In this document: positions 1 through 10,140 of the stretch, one piece after another
How positions within the stretch are numbered: the first letter of the stretch is position 1
Layout of the letters: every line of letters begins with the position of its first letter
Origin: Thermoanaerobaculaceae bacterium
Lineage (GTDB): Bacteria > Acidobacteriota > Thermoanaerobaculia > Multivoradales > UBA5704
DNA length: 64,000 bases
Assembly: GCA_963712665.1 (NCBI GenBank)
Contig: CAVQIV010000024.1
Coordinates: 271,525 to 335,524, forward strand
Reading direction: 5' to 3'
Translations under genes and position numbers: made by a program
The notes under the pieces: generated by a model
The model's database searches: none
Told to the model about the DNA's origin: nothing
Seen by the model: only the letters and a program-made list of their open reading frames with translations

Positions 1-1
1 G

Positions 2-298
2 ATCGTCATCCGTCCTTTGGCGGAGCGGGATCTCCTGGAAGCCCAGCTCTGGTACGAAGCCAAGGAAGTTGGGCTGGGTGAGAAGTTCCGTAGCCGCATC
101 GATGACGTTCTGAAAATCCTTGCCGAGATGCCATTGATCTTCCCGATCGCCCACCGCCAAGTGCGTCGAGCGGCGGTCAGAAAGCTCCCCTACATCCTCT
201 ACTACACAGTCCGGCAGCAGCGGGTGCTGGTCCTCGGATGCTTCCATGTCCGACGTGATCCGCGCATAGTCCTTCGCCGGATTGGCGGCCGGTCTTAG
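2..298 (+). CDS. ParE/RelE-family type II toxin, 5' end cut by window edge
   Basis: The frame is open from base 2. The sequence ...LYYTVRQQRVLVLGCFHVRRDP... is typical of the ParE/RelE C-terminus, and the size is about 95 aa. Confidence 0.7.
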   Translation: MVIRPLAERDLLEAQLWYEAKEVGLGEKFRSRIDDVLKILAEMPLIFPIAHRQVRRAAVRKLPYILYYTVRQQRVLVLGCFHVRRDPRIVLRRIGGRS

Positions 299-375
299 AG
301 CTCGCAGCAAGCCTGTCTTGAGCTTGCCTGCCCCCCTGGCACGCGTCGTGCCTTCAAACTCGCTGCGGGTGAACT

Positions 376-1068
376 TTGAAGTCGCACCGAGGTACCTACA
401 GCGAGGTCACCATCATGAGCCAGACCCTGACCCAGGAGTTGCGTTCTGTCGAGCAGGGACCGGTCGTGCAGGGAGTCGCCACCCTGCGGTTTCATACGGA
501 TGGCGGGACGTTCGACGGCCGCTTCCATGAAGCGCCGGAGGGACGGGCCGCCGTAATTTGGCTGGGCGGCGCGGCCGGCGGGTTGGATGGGCCGGCCAGT
601 GGGCTCTATCCCCGTCTGGCCGAGCGTCTCGTCCGGCATCGCATCGCCTCCCTGCGTCTCGACTACCGTCTGCCCAACGAGCTCGACGCCTGTGCCCTCG
701 ACACCTTAACGGGCGTCGTCTATCTGGAATCCCTGGGGCGCCCCCGCGTGGTCCTCGTGGGCCACTCCTTCGGCGGCGCCGTGGCCATCACTGCCGGGGT
801 GGAGACCGGGGAGGTGGTGGCCGTGGCCGCCTTGAGCAGCCAGACCTACGGCACGGGCGCAGTCTCCTATCTGAGCCCCCGTCCCCTGCTGCTGATGCAC
901 GGCGCCGAGGACGAGATCCTGCCCGCCGATTGCTCCAAAGACCTCTACAACCGCGCCCGGCAGCCCAAGGAGCTGCGCCTCTATCCAGGATGCCGTCATG
1001 GCCTGGACGAGTGCCGGGATGACGTGGACCGCGACCTTCTGGCCTGGCTGAAGAAGGTGCTGGCCTAA
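376..1068 (+). CDS. alpha/beta hydrolase (dienelactone-hydrolase-like)
   Basis: Nucleophile elbow GHSFGG, a later D and a C-terminal H (CRHGLDE), about 230 aa. An alternative start is at 415. Confidence 0.75.
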   Translation: MKSHRGTYSEVTIMSQTLTQELRSVEQGPVVQGVATLRFHTDGGTFDGRFHEAPEGRAAVIWLGGAAGGLDGPASGLYPRLAERLVRHRIASLRLDYRLPNELDACALDTLTGVVYLESLGRPRVVLVGHSFGGAVAITAGVETGEVVAVAALSSQTYGTGAVSYLSPRPLLLMHGAEDEILPADCSKDLYNRARQPKELRLYPGCRHGLDECRDDVDRDLLAWLKKVLA

Positions 1069-2033
1069 TCGCTGCTCGCCGGCGGCAGCACCTTTTCGAT
1101 CTGATCGAGCCGGCCGACGTCCACCGACAGGACGCCATCCGGCCGCGGCGGATTGAAGAGGCTGGAGAAGCGGGCGTTGCAGACGATCTCGTCCGCTTTG
1201 TAGGACGAACGGGTGTGCACGGTCTGCGAAAAGGTCTCGTCGATCCCTGAGAGCAAGACGAGCACCTCGGCCTGGGTCGCGATGAGGTCCTCCTGCGTGA
1301 GTCCCCGGAAAGGGCTCTCCTCGTCGATGGGATGGACGATCGTCCAGGAGAGGGGGAAGAATATGACCTTGTCGCGCTCCAGCTTCAGGGGGAGGAACTC
1401 CCGGTTGCCGTCCGGTTTGAGCCGGCTGAGCATCACGCGGGCTTCCACCTGGATGAGCTCGTTGTTGCGGGCGTTGGCGATGCGGAACTCGAACGCCGTG
1501 ATCCCCCGGTACGGAGCGATGACGGCGTTGCGGCTGAACAGGATCTTGGCCGTGGGCTGTGAGAAGCGGGCGAAGAGGATGCCGGTGGCGAGCGCGAACC
1601 CCAGCAATCCCACCAGCGACTCCAGCGTCACCAGCAGATTGGCGGCCAGCCCCACCGGATGCATGACGCCATAACCGATGGTGGCGAAGGTCTGGACGCT
1701 GAAGAAGAAGTCCTCCAGAAACTGGGCAGGGAGACTGATGGCCGTGGAGCCCGCGATCTGGCCGGGGCCGCAGGCGCAGTAGGCCGCCCCGAAGACCATG
1801 TTGACGACCAGGAAGAAGACGACCACCAGCCCCAGGAAGCGGGGCCAGGTGGTGGTGAGGAGGTACTGGTAGGGGCTGAGCGTCTGAAGGAAGCTCAAGC
1901 CCTCGCGCACCACGTTGAAGCTGCCGTCCCGGTTGAGCAGCCGCTTGCGGCTCTCCCGGGCGACGATGGGGCCGAACCCCAGGTCGCGGTTGGGGTCTTC
2001 GCTGGCGGGGGGCTTGGCTTCCATGAGGGCCAT
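1065..2033 (-). CDS. inward-rectifier potassium channel (KirBac-like)
   Basis: Two TM helices flank the selectivity filter TIGYG, followed by a Kir-type cytoplasmic beta-rich C-terminal domain. Confidence 0.85.
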   Translation of the reverse strand: MALMEAKPPASEDPNRDLGFGPIVARESRKRLLNRDGSFNVVREGLSFLQTLSPYQYLLTTTWPRFLGLVVVFFLVVNMVFGAAYCACGPGQIAGSTAISLPAQFLEDFFFSVQTFATIGYGVMHPVGLAANLLVTLESLVGLLGFALATGILFARFSQPTAKILFSRNAVIAPYRGITAFEFRIANARNNELIQVEARVMLSRLKPDGNREFLPLKLERDKVIFFPLSWTIVHPIDEESPFRGLTQEDLIATQAEVLVLLSGIDETFSQTVHTRSSYKADEIVCNARFSSLFNPPRPDGVLSVDVGRLDQIEKVLPPASSD

Positions 2034-2072
2034 GCGGCGGGAAGTGTAGCGCAGGTGCTAGGATGCGGGACG

Positions 2073-2825
2073 ATGGGCCTGCAGACCGCCGAGGCGCTGA
2101 TCCTCGACGTCAGGGATTTGCACGACCGCGACCGGATCGTCACCTTTCTCACCCGCGAGCATGGCAAGAGAAGCGGCGTGGCCAAGGGCGCGCGGGTGAA
2201 GCACAGCCGCTTCGGCGGCCAGCTTCAGCCGCTCGCCAAGGTGCAGGTGACCTGGTTCGAGCGCGACGGCCGGGATCTCGTCCGCGTCTCGTCCGTAGAG
2301 CTGATCCGCGTCGCCCAGTCGCTCCAGGCGGACCTCGAAGGGCTCCTTCTCGGCAGCTATCTCGCCGATCACCTCCTGGAGTTCGCCCAGGAAGGGGAGG
2401 CTTCGGACCACCTCTTCCGGCTGCTGGATTCGACCCTCCAGGCCCTGGCCGCGGGGGTGGATCGGGATCTGGCCACGCGCTATTTCGAGGCCTGGGTGCT
2501 GCGCATCGCCGGAGTCTTTCCCGCACCCCACGTCTGCCCATCCTGCGGCCGGCCGTTCCCGCCGGAGGGGGCAATGCTGCCGCGCTCGGGGGAGACCATG
2601 CTGTGCCTCGACTGCGGGGGACCTTCCGGCTTCGCCGTGGCGCCGGAGACGCTGGAATTCCTCTGCCGCATCGGCCGCGAAGCCCTGCCCGCTGTGGCCG
2701 GGAGGCCGCCAGGGCCCGGGGTGCTCCGCCAGGCGGAAGCCGTCTGCATGCAGGTGCGGCGCGCTTTCCTGCAACACGAGCTGCGCAGCTACGACGTCAT
2801 CCAGACCACGCTCGCCCGGCTCTGA
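2073..2825 (+). CDS. recO: DNA repair protein RecO
   Basis: N-terminal OB fold ([36 protein letters not shown]) and a C-x2-C...C-x2-C zinc motif. The upstream part of ORF 1659..2825 is antisense to the Kir gene. Confidence 0.85.
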   Translation: MGLQTAEALILDVRDLHDRDRIVTFLTREHGKRSGVAKGARVKHSRFGGQLQPLAKVQVTWFERDGRDLVRVSSVELIRVAQSLQADLEGLLLGSYLADHLLEFAQEGEASDHLFRLLDSTLQALAAGVDRDLATRYFEAWVLRIAGVFPAPHVCPSCGRPFPPEGAMLPRSGETMLCLDCGGPSGFAVAPETLEFLCRIGREALPAVAGRPPGPGVLRQAEAVCMQVRRAFLQHELRSYDVIQTTLARL

Positions 2826-2859
2826 TACGCTACCCGCTCTTCTACAACGGAAAGGACCC

Positions 2860-3758
<899 letters not shown>

Positions 3759-3778
<20 letters not shown>

Positions 3779-5894
3779 TCATCGAGGCGAATATCTGTTA
3801 GAGGTGCGGAGCGAGGAGATCCCGGCCCGCATGCTGGAGCCCGGAGTGCGCGAGCTGGCCACCCGGATCTTCGAGGAGCTGATGGCGCGAGGGATCGGTC
3901 CCCGCGAAGTGGAGACCGGCTTCACGCCCCGCCGGCTGGTGCTCATCCTCTCCGGCCTGCCGGAAGGGGAGCCCGACCGCGAGGAGCAGGTGATGGGTCC
4001 GCCCGTGCGTGCCGCTTTCGCCGCCGACGGCTCGCCCACTCCGGCCCTCCTGGGCTTCGCCAAGCGCACGGGTCTGGAACCGGAGCAGCTCGCCAGGGTG
4101 CAGACCGAGAAGGGGGAGTACCTCGCGGCCACGAAGAAGATCGCCGGCCGGCCCACCCGCGAAGTGCTGGCGGAGATCGTGCCCCGCATTCTCGGCGCCA
4201 TCTCCTGGGCCAAGACCATGCGGTGGGGGAGCGGCACCGGTCCCTGGGTGCGTCCCCTCCACGGCATCGTCTCGCTCTTCGATGGCGAGCTGGTGCCCTT
4301 CGAGCTCCTGGGCGTGGCCGCCGGCGATACCACGGAGGGACACCCCACGCTCTCGCCTGCTGCTTTCCGGGTGATCGGGGCCGAGGACTACAAAAGCCAG
4401 CTCGCCGCCCGCCATCTCGAAGTGAGACCGGCCGAGCGCCGGCGCGCGCTCCACGAGACCATGCGCGACCGGGCCGAGGCCCTGGGCGGCCGGCTGGTGG
4501 ACGATCCCGCCCTGCTCGACAAGCTCACGGCCATCTGCGAGATCCCCGGCGTAATGGAAGGGAGCTTCGGCGATGCCTTCCTGGAGCTCCCCGCCGAGGT
4601 GCTCGCCACCAGCCTGCGCGATCATCAAAGCGCCCTCACCGTGGCCGCGCCTGCCCCCGCAGATATCAACGGCAAGCTGCTGCCCTACTTCCTCACCGTC
4701 ATGGACCGGCCGGACGACCCGGCGGGCCGCGTCCGCTCCGGCAACGAGTGGGTGGTGGCGGCGCGCCTCGCCGACGCCCGCTTCTTCTACGGCGAGGACC
4801 GCAAGGTCGGCCTCGCCCGGCGGGCCGAGCATCTCCAGTCCCTCAACTTCCACGAGCGTCTGGGGAGCTACGCCGTCAAGACCCTGCGCCTGGAATCGCT
4901 GGCCGCGACGATCTGCGACCAGCTCGACTGGGAGGCGGAAAAGGTGTCCGCCGTCGAGGCCGCGCACCTGCTCAAGGCCGATCTCGCCACCGAGATGGTC
5001 AAGGAGTTCACCTCCCTCCAGGGGATCATGGGCGGCATCTACGCCCGCGAGGAGGGATGGCCCGAGCCGGTCTGGCAGGCGATCTACGATCAATATCTCC
5101 CGGCCTCGACCGAGGATCCCATCCCCAGAGGCCGCGTGGGCCAGGTCGTGGGCCTCGCCGACCGCCTCGACACCCTGGTGGGCATTTTTGGATTAGGGCT
5201 GATCCCCACCGGCAGCAAAGACCCCTTCGGCCTGCGCCGAGCCGCCCAGGGGATCGTGAGGACCTGTCTCGAAGGCGGATTGACCCTCGACCTCGAAAAG
5301 GTTGTGATCGCCGCCGCGGAGCTCTACGGCGACCGGCTCACCCGCAAGCCGGACCAGATCCTGGACGACCTGCGGCCCTTCCTCAACGATCGCATCCGCT
5401 ACCTCCTGGGCCTCGCCGGCTACGCCTACGACGAGATCGAAGCGGCCCTGGCCGTGGGCATTTCCAGCCTGCCGGACCTCAAAGCCCGGGTCCACGCCCT
5501 CCACGAAGTGCGGGAGTCGGCCGACTTCCTCACCGTCGTGCTGGCCGCCAAGCGCATCGCCAACATCGTCAAGGACGCAGCCGACCGTCCCTTCGACGAG
5601 GCCCGTCTGGTGGAGCCAGCGGAGAAGGACCTCGCCGCCGCCTTCGGTAAGCTGCGTGCCGACATCGAAGAGGCCGCAGCCGCAGGCGATTACGAGCGCT
5701 GCCTGCGCCGCGTCGCCGACCTCGCCCCCGTGCTCGACCGCTTCTTCGTCGAGGTGCTGGTGATGGCCGAGGACGAGGCGGTACGGAGCAACCGTATTGC
5801 TTTGCTGCAGGCGATCGGGCGGGCCGTCTCCCGGACGGCGAAGCTCACCGAGATGGTGGTGGACAAGGCGGAGGCTCGGGCGAAGGCGGGGTAG
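3759..5894 (+). CDS. glyS: glycine--tRNA ligase beta subunit
   Basis: 711 aa with a GlyS N-terminus ([14 protein letters not shown]). It directly follows and overlaps glyQ. The exact start (3759 or 3765) is uncertain. Confidence 0.9.
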
Positions 5895-5900
5895 GGCTGA

Positions 5901-6161
5901 TCACCCGAAGGGGAGGCAGGTTGCTGTCCGGATTTTGACCTGTCCCTGACGTCCTTTGCTCTGCTCAGCGTGCTCGAGGACGGCTTCGATCTGCTCGCGG
6001 GTCACACCCGGAAACCAGTCCAGGAAATCGTCCACGCGTGCCCCGTCTTCGAAGTTCTCGAACAGAGCTTTGACGGGCACGCGCGTACCCTTGAAGAGCC
6101 AGGCGCCGCTGACCCTTCCCGCATCCCTTTCAACCGCTGGACACTGATTCCAATCGAGCAT
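5901..6161 (-). CDS. DUF433 domain protein (antitoxin-like HTH)
   Basis: GAWLFKGTRVPVKALFENFEDGARVDDFLDWFPGVTREQIEAVLEH matches the DUF433 pattern. No PIN/DUF5615 partner is adjacent. Confidence 0.7.
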   Translation of the reverse strand: MLDWNQCPAVERDAGRVSGAWLFKGTRVPVKALFENFEDGARVDDFLDWFPGVTREQIEAVLEHAEQSKGRQGQVKIRTATCLPFG

Positions 6162-6307
6162 GGCTCTAGGATAAGGCTTGGGTGCGCACGACGGCAAGCC
6201 CCGGATGGCTCCTCCCCTCCGCGACCGCGTCTAGTGTTGACTACTTACGCGAGATCGGCCACCCCGATGCCCGCTACGCCCCTCCGGGATCGTGTAGGAT
6301 CAACGCC

Positions 6308-6571
6308 ATGGAACCTCCGAAGATCAAGGTCGTGGGTCGGCGCCGAGTCGAGACTCGGTCTCTGGCCGATACGGACCGTCTTCTCCGGACCGCTTGGGCC
6401 CTTCGTGGAACCCCGGCCCTCGTCCCCAAGGGGGTATATCGTTTCCGCAGCTTCGAGGAGGCGGACGAATGGATGACGAGGATGATGGCCAGGACTCACG
6501 TGCGCCAACGATCGAAGATCTCGCCAGGGTCTGCGACTCCCTCAACCGGTCCGAAGCCCAGTACATCCTGA
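6308..6571 (+). CDS. hypothetical small protein (C-terminal GVYRFRSFEEADEW motif)
   Basis: ATG start ORF. It overlaps the next gene by about 100 nt, so its true 3' end is doubtful. Confidence 0.25.
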   Translation: MEPPKIKVVGRRRVETRSLADTDRLLRTAWALRGTPALVPKGVYRFRSFEEADEWMTRMMARTHVRQRSKISPGSATPSTGPKPSTS

Positions 6572-6978
6572 TCGGCGGCTTTGCCGTCATCGCCCACGGC
6601 GCCGGCCGGACGACCAAGGACATCGATTTCCTCATTGATCCGTCGCCCGAGAACGTCGCTCGGGTCAAGGCAGCGCTCAGCGTCCTCCCGGACAACGCCG
6701 GCGCGCTCATCGCCGATACGGACGTCGAGACCTACAAAGTCGTCCGGGTGGCGGACGAGGTGGTGATCGACCTTATGGGAAGCGCCTGCGGCGTGTCCTA
6801 CCAGGATGCGGTCAAGGACGCAGAGGTCCTGGAGATCGAAAGGGTTCAAGTCCCGGTAGCCAGCAAGCAGACCCTAATCCGCACCAAGGAGACGATTCGT
6901 CCTTCCGACCAGATCGATCGGGAGTTCCTGGCAGCATTGATTCGCGAAGAGGGCGCAGAAAAGCGTCCACGCCGGTGA
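6469..6978 (+). CDS. nucleotidyltransferase-fold protein (GG..A...HG..R.T.DIDF motif)
   Basis: YILIGGFAVIAHGAGRTTKDIDFLIDP is typical of small uncharacterised NTase-fold proteins. Codon usage is coherent. Confidence 0.6.
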   Translation: MDDEDDGQDSRAPTIEDLARVCDSLNRSEAQYILIGGFAVIAHGAGRTTKDIDFLIDPSPENVARVKAALSVLPDNAGALIADTDVETYKVVRVADEVVIDLMGSACGVSYQDAVKDAEVLEIERVQVPVASKQTLIRTKETIRPSDQIDREFLAALIREEGAEKRPRR

Positions 6979-6992
6979 TGACGAGATCGACA

Positions 6993-7190
6993 GCCCCGGA
7001 GGGGCGACAGGCTAGAGCCTGGGGCGTGAGCCCCAGGAACGTTGCCCCATAACGATTTCAAGCCCCGAAGGGCCGGCAGAAGATCTCCAGGATGCGGTCC
7101 TCTGCCGCCCCCTCGGGGCTTTGGGTTTGTGGTGGATCCCTTCCTGGGGCTTACGCCCCCAGGCTTCACGCTGCCGCCCCCTTCGGGGGC
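6993..7190. repeat. cluster of at least 6 GC-only stem-loops of two alternating sequence classes (possible structured RNA or REP-like element)
   Basis: GCCCC-gga-GGGGC (6993), CCTGGGGC-gtga-GCCCCAGG (7018), GCCC-cgaa-GGGC (7062), GCCCC-ctc-GGGGC (7107), CCTGGGGC-ttac-GCCCCCAGG (7143), GCCCCC-ttc-GGGGGC (7176). Confidence 0.6.
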
Positions 7191-7274
7191 TGAGATTCGC
7201 CGCGCGCACCCGCGGGGCGTCTAGCGCGTCGGACCGAGGTCGCCGCCCCGGAGGGACCCATCCCAGGCCCCAAA

Positions 7275-7554
7275 GTATATGAACTTTCCCATCCAGTATA
7301 TGGGGCGGCAAAAAATCGAGCGGGTACGCTACTCTCCCTATATGGACTGAGAAAAATTCTATATGGATTGAGCCGTTGGGTGTATGAACAGGGCTCCGCG
7401 AGGGGTGGGGACACCCTCCGGGCAGGGGTGCGAGCGGCTCCCCAGCGTCTCCCGAGGGCTGGTCTATATGGTGGCTCGACGAGTCTATATACTTTGGGTG
7501 CTCCCCAGGCCCTTCAGACGCTCGCGGTATATGATTTTTTGGCGAAGGTATATG
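7275..7554. repeat. phased motif array 1: STATATG on an exact 21-bp lattice
   Basis: Motif starts at 7275, 7296, 7338, 7359, 7380, 7464, 7485, 7527 and 7548. All spacings are multiples of 21 and the spacers are unrelated. Confidence 0.85.
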
Positions 7555-7875
7555 CGGCGGCGGGCTGAGAGGGTGTCGGAGACGTGGCGATTCCGCCCGG
7601 AGGGAAACACCCTTTCCGGACGCCCTCATTCAGACAGGCGGCTCGCTTTTCCCCCTCTCGTGCACACAGTCTTATAGAGCCAGCCCATTAGGATCTGACG
7701 ACGAGTCGGAACCGAAGGATTTCTTGAAACGATGCTCCGGCGTGTCGCGCAGTGCGCTCTCCATTCGGCCGTTCGAGCCGGCAAGATCTCGCCGGCTCAG
7801 CAGCATGGCCCCAGGGTCCCAGCTCTCATGGGGGGAGCTGGCTAGGCCCGGTGGCTTAACTTTTATGGCAGGAGA

Positions 7876-8724
7876 ATGGAAATGACGAGAGTCAGAGGTT
7901 TGAGCTGTGTGTTGATGCTGTTGTGCGGGTTGCTGTCCATCGCCGCGAACGCTCAGGTGCTGCAGCCGCCAGTGAGCGATCACATCGTCTACACCCCGGT
8001 GAAGGGCGCCATCGTCTCCAAGGCCGGGAACATCATCAACCACGGTGGACCGGTGATCACCTCGGCCAAGGTGGTCTTCATCTTCTGGGGCCCGAACTTC
8101 GCCAACGCCGCCCATCCCGATCACACCTACGCCACCACGCTGCAGGCCTTCCGCAACCAGTTCGGCACCACCGGTGAGTACAACACCATCACCCAGTACT
8201 CCGGCATCCAGTTGGCGAACCTCGGCTCGGGATCGGCCGACTGGTTCGATACCTCGACGCCGCCGACCAACGTCACCGACTCCGCCGTCCGCTCCAAGGT
8301 CACCTCCTATCTGGCGACCCACACCTTCAACAACAGCACGATCTACGAGGTCGTCATCCCCAGCTCCTCGTACTCGTCGAGCGGCAGCAGCACCTCGTGC
8401 GGCGGGCCGCGCCTCGCCTACTGCGCCTATCACAGTCACTACAGCACCAGTGGCCACGACGTGAAGTACTCCATCGAGCCCTATCCGAGCTGCAGCGGCT
8501 GCAAGGTCTCCGGCTGGTCGGACGTGCAGAACCAGGAGCACTTCACCTGCCACGAGACCCGCGAAGCCGTGACCGATCCGGACCTCAACGCCTGGTTCGA
8601 CAGCAGCGGCGCCGAGGCCGACGACAAGTGCGCCTGGTCGCCCTCGCCGTTCATCGGCACCGGCGGCTACGGCTATCAGTACGAGTGGTCGAACCTGACC
8701 GGCTCCTGCGTCAGGACGCGGTAG
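7876..8724 (+). CDS. secreted cysteine-containing protein, weakly PHI-1/EXORDIUM-like (paralog A)
   Basis: Signal peptide ending ANA-Q. Motifs NHGGPVITSAKVVFIFWGPNF, AYCAYH and HETREAVTDPDLNAWF. SD-like ggagaa lies upstream. Confidence 0.8.
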   Translation: MEMTRVRGLSCVLMLLCGLLSIAANAQVLQPPVSDHIVYTPVKGAIVSKAGNIINHGGPVITSAKVVFIFWGPNFANAAHPDHTYATTLQAFRNQFGTTGEYNTITQYSGIQLANLGSGSADWFDTSTPPTNVTDSAVRSKVTSYLATHTFNNSTIYEVVIPSSSYSSSGSSTSCGGPRLAYCAYHSHYSTSGHDVKYSIEPYPSCSGCKVSGWSDVQNQEHFTCHETREAVTDPDLNAWFDSSGAEADDKCAWSPSPFIGTGGYGYQYEWSNLTGSCVRTR

Positions 8725-8752
8725 GAGCGCAAGTCTAAGAGGCTGAAGGAGG

Positions 8753-8785
8753 GCCCCCGTGCTCACGGGGGCTTTCCTCTTTCCA
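8753..8785 (+). terminator. rho-independent terminator candidate
   Basis: GCCCCCGTG-ct-CACGGGGGC followed by TTTCCTCTTT, about 30 nt after the stop of paralog A. Confidence 0.6.
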
Positions 8786-8982
8786 GGCAGGTGGCTCACT
8801 TTTGCCCCCTTCGCTGCACTCTAGTCTGGTGGAGCCTTCCTCGGGAAGAGCTCTGCTATCCATGCTGCGAACCTTCTTCGCCATCCAGCCGCTCAAGAGA
8901 CGGCGAGATCGTCTTGACGTCTCTACCACCCTGCCTCCAGGGGGCTCGTCCTTCTGGCGGCATCAATAGGAGTACTAGGAGG

Positions 8983-9858
8983 ATGCAACTGATGAGGAGC
9001 AGGAGATTGAAGACTGTTGTGGCGCTTTCGTGTGGTCTGCTGGCCATGGCCGCGAGCATCGCCAATGCCGCGCCCGCAGAGAAGGCGAAGAAGCCCTTCG
9101 CGGACGCCGATCATGTCATCTACTTCCCCGTGCGCGGGGCCATCGTGCCCAAGGCCGGCCAGAACCTGGTGAACCATGGCGGCCCGACGATCACCTCGGC
9201 CAAGGTGGTCTTCCTCTTCTGGGGGCCGAACTTCAGCAACGCCGCCTCCCCAGACTTCGTGTACGCCACGACGCTGCAGGCCTTCCGCAACCAGTTCGGC
9301 ACCACCCCTGAATTCAACACCATCACGCAGTACTCCGGCATCCTGCTCTCGAACCTCGCCGCGGGAACCGCCGACGGCTTCGACAGCTCGACGCCGCCGA
9401 CCAACGTCACTGACGCCCTCGTCCGGTCTCACGTCAGTGCCTATCTGGCGACCCATGCCTTCGACAACAGCACGATCTATGAGGTCGTCCTCCCCAGCTC
9501 CTCGTACTCTTCGAGCGGCTCGAGCACCTCGTGCGGCGGACCGAGCCTCGCCTACTGCGCCTATCATGGCCACTTCACGAGCGGTGCGAACGACGTCAAG
9601 TACTCGATCGAGCCTTATCCGAGCTGCGGCGGCTGCAAGGTCGCGGGCTGGACGGACGTGCAGAATCAGGAGCACTTCACCTGCCATGAGACCCGTGAGG
9701 CCGTGACCGACCCGGACCTCAATGCCTGGTTTGACCGCTCCGGCAACGAGGCCGACGACAAGTGCGCCTGGTCGCCCACCCCGTTCATCGGCACCGGCGG
9801 CTTCGCCTACCAGTACGAGTGGTCGAACGCGACCAAGTCGTGCGTCAAGACGCGGTAG
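8983..9858 (+). CDS. secreted cysteine-containing protein, weakly PHI-1/EXORDIUM-like (paralog B)
   Basis: AGGAGG SD then ATG at 8983. Signal peptide ends ANA-A. About three quarters identical to paralog A by eye, with the same 7 Cys. Confidence 0.8.
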   Translation: MQLMRSRRLKTVVALSCGLLAMAASIANAAPAEKAKKPFADADHVIYFPVRGAIVPKAGQNLVNHGGPTITSAKVVFLFWGPNFSNAASPDFVYATTLQAFRNQFGTTPEFNTITQYSGILLSNLAAGTADGFDSSTPPTNVTDALVRSHVSAYLATHAFDNSTIYEVVLPSSSYSSSGSSTSCGGPSLAYCAYHGHFTSGANDVKYSIEPYPSCGGCKVAGWTDVQNQEHFTCHETREAVTDPDLNAWFDRSGNEADDKCAWSPTPFIGTGGFAYQYEWSNATKSCVKTR

Positions 9859-9893
9859 CCACCATAACGGACGCAGTCCGGATCTAGCTGGAA

Positions 9894-9928
9894 GAGAGCC
9901 CCGGCGGCCGCCGGGGCTCTCGCTTTTC
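9894..9928 (+). terminator. rho-independent terminator
   Basis: Perfect 13-bp stem GAGAGCCCCGGCG/CGCCGGGGCTCTC followed by GCTTTTCTG. Confidence 0.7.
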
Positions 9929-9977
9929 TGCCTTCGCCATTCCCCCCCTGTCCTCCATAGGCGCTAACTTAGCTCCA

Positions 9978-10140
9978 GCGCTCCCCCGCCCAAGACCCTC
10001 ACCCCTGCCCCTCTCCCGACCACCCCATCCCCCTCCCCGGGCGAGGGGTACCCGGCTGGGAGGTCTTGCTGGTCTCCCTCTTCTCCCGGTGAGGGGGGTG
10101 GGAGGGGACGGGAGAAGAGGGCCGGGGTGATGAGGGCGCT
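9978..10140. repeat. composite palindromic REP/MITE-like element, copy 1 (short loop)
   Basis: The left arm CTCCCCCGCCCAAGACCCTCACCCCTGCCCCTCTCCCG and right arm ...CTCCCTCTTCTCCCGGTGAGGGGGGTGGGAGGGGACGGGAGAAGAGGGCCGGGGTGATGAGGG are nearly identical to copy 2 at 14371-14590. Confidence 0.7.

Noticed and set aside
1659-2072. N-terminal 138 codons of ORF 1659..2825, which would extend RecO
   Set aside because: This part is antisense to the Kir channel gene and has junk composition. RecO homology begins at [12 protein letters not shown] (2073).
7012-7629. 205-aa ORF covering the hairpin cluster and array 1. ORFs 40363..41100 and 40693..41127 similarly cover array 3.
   Set aside because: The translations are low-complexity. 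Their heptad-like periodicity simply mirrors the 21-bp DNA lattice, there is no SD or homology, and both strands are equally open. I treat them as non-coding.
8530-8580. HETRE in the tandem secreted proteins as a zinc-metalloprotease HExxH motif
   Set aside because: The sequence is H-E-T-R-E, not HExxH or HxxEH. No third ligand motif was recognised.
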